This document shows positions 63,098-64,000 of a DNA stretch of 64,000 bases, piece after piece; positions within the stretch are counted from its first letter, which is position 1; the number at the start of each line of letters is the position of its first letter. Source of the stretch: Lytechinus pictus (taxonomy: Eukaryota); assembly GCF_037042905.1 (NCBI RefSeq), contig NC_087246.1:22506001-22570000 (forward strand), read 5' to 3'. The position numbers and the translations under genes are program-made. The notes beneath the pieces are model-generated. The model had not been told where the DNA came from. It saw nothing but the letters and a program-made list of their open reading frames with translations, and searched no databases.

Positions 63098-63675
63098 ATG
63101 AAACCCTTGAAACCAGCTGAATCCATATCAAAGAGAAAAATCAAAGAAACATATTGTTGAAAGTTTGAGGAAGATTGAATGAATAATAAGAAAGTTATGA
63201 GCATTTGAATATTGAGATCACTAATGCCATGTAGATCTTCCCATTGGCAATGCGACCAAGATCTGTGATGTCACACACGTACAACTCCCTCATTACTTTA
63301 GTACTTATTTCACTTATATTCTCACTTTTATAGAGTCTATCACAAGGTGAGGTGTTCTCTTCATGAGAGGACAAGTACAGAGGTTTTACAACATTATATC
63401 ATTGATGAATCGTTTGTCATATGATTAGAATGAGCAAAAAGAGATGTTTTGGGGTATATTTTCAGTGTCCAAAAGGGGAGAGTTGTTCATCTGTGACATC
63501 ATAGATCTTGGTCGCATTGCCAATGGGAGGATCTCCATAGCATTAGTGATCTCGACATTCAAATGCTCATAACTCTTCTATTGCTAGTCCTATTTTACTC
63601 AAACTTTTGTTGATCTTATTCTTTGATTTTTCTGCTTTCACAAAAGCTAACTTGCTCCAAGAGTTTCATTCTCCT
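63098..63675 (-). mobile_element. Inverted near-identical copy of 7761-8344, missing a few terminal bases at the left end
   Basis: Reverse-complement identity throughout; right end GTTTCATTCTCCT|ttaa. Confidence 0.88.
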
Positions 63676-64000
63676 TTAAGTAACGTTTTACAAATGAAAT
63701 AATACTGGAGTCTGTTTTTTTTTTTTAATTGTAAAATTGCTCATGTCAAGACATACTATAAACAATTATTATGTGATTGAATTAGCTGATTTCATCCGAA
63801 AGGCTCACAGAGACCAAACCCTATCCTGAATGTTTGAAAAGCATGTGTGTTTATTTTCAACTCTCAAGAAAACCTGCCCCACATTTTTACACATTAAAAA
63901 AACTTGGAGGAAAAATACTTACATAGCAAAAATACACACACAAAAATACATATAATTAAATCCTATAAGCTAGGATGTTAAATTTCAATTTTGATACAAT

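Overview
AT-rich eukaryotic genomic DNA with spliceosomal GT-AG introns, two assembly gaps (44608-44756, 46024-46453) and a dense load of non-autonomous TIR elements and SINEs. The repeat landscape (Deu-domain SINE, TTAA-AGG and CAGTGGCG MITEs) suggests an invertebrate deuterostome, probably a sea urchin (inference). I assembled four phase-consistent multi-exon genes by hand. (1) A TLCD1/2-like TLC-domain membrane protein (minus, 4 coding exons, about 245 aa). (2) A 14-exon, about 651 aa adaptor (plus, 16484-36148) that the ORF track mostly misses: N-terminal PH domain, acidic tyrosine-motif cluster, proline-rich linker, C-terminal PDZ-like domain. (3) A GRHPR-like D-2-hydroxyacid dehydrogenase (minus, 5 exons, about 332 aa) whose canonical catalytic Glu appears replaced by Gly. 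(4) A class-B/adhesion-like 7TM receptor (minus, 3 coding exons, about 934 aa) with a somatomedin-B-like Cys-rich ectodomain and no visible GPS motif. The most notable items are the PH-pY-PDZ scaffold built from symmetric cassette exons, two nested pairs of inverted intronic repeats that loop out TLCD exon 3 and exons 2+3, and the altered dehydrogenase active site. All models were read by eye and are unverified by alignment or RNA data. No rRNA, bona fide tRNA or CRISPR array was seen.
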